A DNA stretch of 62,199 bases, filler included, from Choristocarpus tenellus KU-1152 (Eukaryota; Protista; Phaeophyceae): NCBI GenBank assembly GCA_964200185.2. It is 12 parts of 12 records of this genome, joined end to end, with 100 filler letters (N's around TTAATTAATTAA, not from the genome) between each part and the next. Parts side by side here need not be neighbours in the genome. Positions count along the whole stretch, not along the records: positions 59,418 to 62,199 come from CAXNAD020024801.1; 11 more parts are not named here. One strand, written 5' to 3'. Each line of letters begins with the position of its first letter. The first letter of the stretch is position 1. Below the pieces are notes generated by a model. That model worked only from the letters and a program-made list of their open reading frames with translations, searched no databases and had not been told where the DNA came from. The translations under genes and the position numbers were made by a program. Of this stretch, positions 60,349 to 62,199 are shown in pieces.

Positions 60349-62199
60349 AATCCTCGAGGTGGATGGAGGTTGGCAACTGGGCATGGAACAGTGATGGGTG
60401 TTGCGTCCAGAGAACCTATGGTGGTCTTCGCTGTTGAGGAGGATGTGTACGGTTAGAAGCCCATTCCATTAGGTTTCTGTTTCAGGCTTGAGCGGATGGT
60501 GGGCAAGGTACTCGGTTTATCCCCTGTCCATTTTGTACACAATTTTGCACACCTCATCAGTGTTGACGGTTGCCTTTTAGGCATCATAGGAAGGGGGTTA
60601 AGATATTTGGTCTTAACGATTTTATTAGAGTGGGGAATGGCCTCCCCACTTCGCATGCTAGAGATTAGGTGGGGGTTATCCACCAATCGTGATGCTCCTT
60701 TGTTTTGTCGTGAGACCTTGCCAGTTTCGCGGATTTGTTGGAGTATACTGATCAAGGTTTTGTTCTTTGTGCGGTTACCTTTGTCGAGCCTTCTTTCTTG
60801 TGTCCTTCATTTTGGAGGTCTACTGTAATATAGTTAGCTTTTGATGATTTGCAGTTGGTCAAGGATGGCGATCGAGCCGCTTGAGTGTTACAGTTCACGC
60901 TTCTTAACTTAACGTTGGTGAACAGCAGTCGGTTCTGAAGTTGTGTGCATACACTCAGCACAAGCCCCTTGGGGTGCCGTGCTTTCATTGCTGTATAGTC
61001 TTCAGGTCTGTTATCAGGTTTCTTTATATAGCTTTTTCATCATTTTGAATTGATAAGTTTCAAGATCATTGTTTTGTGCTGTGTAATGTGCTTTGGAGTG
61101 AAAGTGAATTGTTGTAGTTGTCTCGATCCCGTACTTCCGTTGATTGATAACGGCTGATGCGAAATATCTGATATGTCGTCCACCTTTAGTGGATTGCATT
61201 GCATATATGGACGATTGGGTCGGAGGTCAAGTTGGCGAAGTATGTAAAGCCATTTGTAACCAGGTCTGTACACTAGTGATATGATCATAATCTTAATTAT
61301 ATTAAGAAAGGACCAGTCTTCTTATCTATATTTTGAAACAAGCTTTAACTTCTCAACTGCTGGGATACTATTCTTTGTGTGCTTTGTCACTGCAAATGAT
61401 TTAAACACAATCGGTCTCTTCTGCACATCTTGTTGTTTTTCCCTGATAGTTTGTCTCTACGTCCCATTTCGCACTCAATGTTGTCACAAGTCTGTGCTGG
61501 TGTACATCCTTGAGCTATTTTGTTATTGAGAGCTGTGCTCAGTCCTTACTGTTTTTTCTGAGATGATACTTCCGCCTCTTGATAACTCATCTTGTAAAGA
61601 GGAGAAACCCAATACATACATTTTAGGGTGTTTCCCATTATTAATAAAAAACTCCTACGATTGGAGGTAAGACATCTTATCCTAAGCTCCAGCAAAGGAG
61701 CAGAACATTCAAATATGAATTACACTGGTCCAAGACAATTAAAAAAACATTTGGGTGCACTCACCACTTTGAGAAAATTGCAGACTATCTGTAACCGGAG
61801 TTTTTTTTTTCATTAAAGCTATTTCCGTGCTTGTAAAGTCACACTCAAACATAGTCAAACAATTTTTTTTTTTGTGAGGAGCGAGCTTGAGGGACCAGTG
61901 TTGCATTTCGAATCCTTGGCTATTTACATCACTATAAAAGGCACATAGGGGTACCTCATGAGGGTGTTGGTAGCCCAGAGGCAAGTAAGATTGGGTGGAG
62001 GTTCAGGATAATGCTGTAGGATGGGGGAAGGAACCCCAAGGCATCATGCTGATGCTGCCTGCAGTGTTGGCGTGGGCATGTTTTTCAAGGGGCCGGATGA
62101 AGGGGGTACAGAGGTGGTCTGATGTTACCCCCCTGCATTTACTGCACCCTGCCTCGCACACCCACCCCGGTCCTCTATTACTCTCCCCTCCATGAAACC

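Overview
Eukaryotic nuclear DNA, most likely from a photosynthetic stramenopile and probably a brown alga. This is inferred from a coproporphyrinogen oxidase with a bipartite signal/transit presequence, long spliceosomal introns and interstitial TTAGGG motifs. The window is a scaffold of 12 contigs joined by 11 artificial 100-bp spacers (N44-TTAATTAATTAA-N44), so adjacency across gaps is unverified. Five host genes can be built by hand from splice sites: (1) the 5' four exons of amidophosphoribosyltransferase (purF); (2) the 5' six exons of a plastid-targeted coproporphyrinogen III oxidase (hemF); (3) a complete four-exon, ~526-aa claudin-like 4-TM protein with an EEQRYA-repeat tail; (4) the last three exons of an unknown gene; (5) an intronless 112-aa secreted, GPI-anchored, AGP/mucin-like peptide with an RNLQ motif. 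The rest is largely transposon debris: a chromodomain Ty3/gypsy remnant, an internally deleted pogo element and a CRE-type RLE non-LTR 3' end. There are also two abundant MITE families that share one terminal motif and make 4-bp target-site duplications (Sola-like). I see no CRISPR array, rRNA gene or convincing tRNA gene. Most ORFs in the supplied track are spurious.
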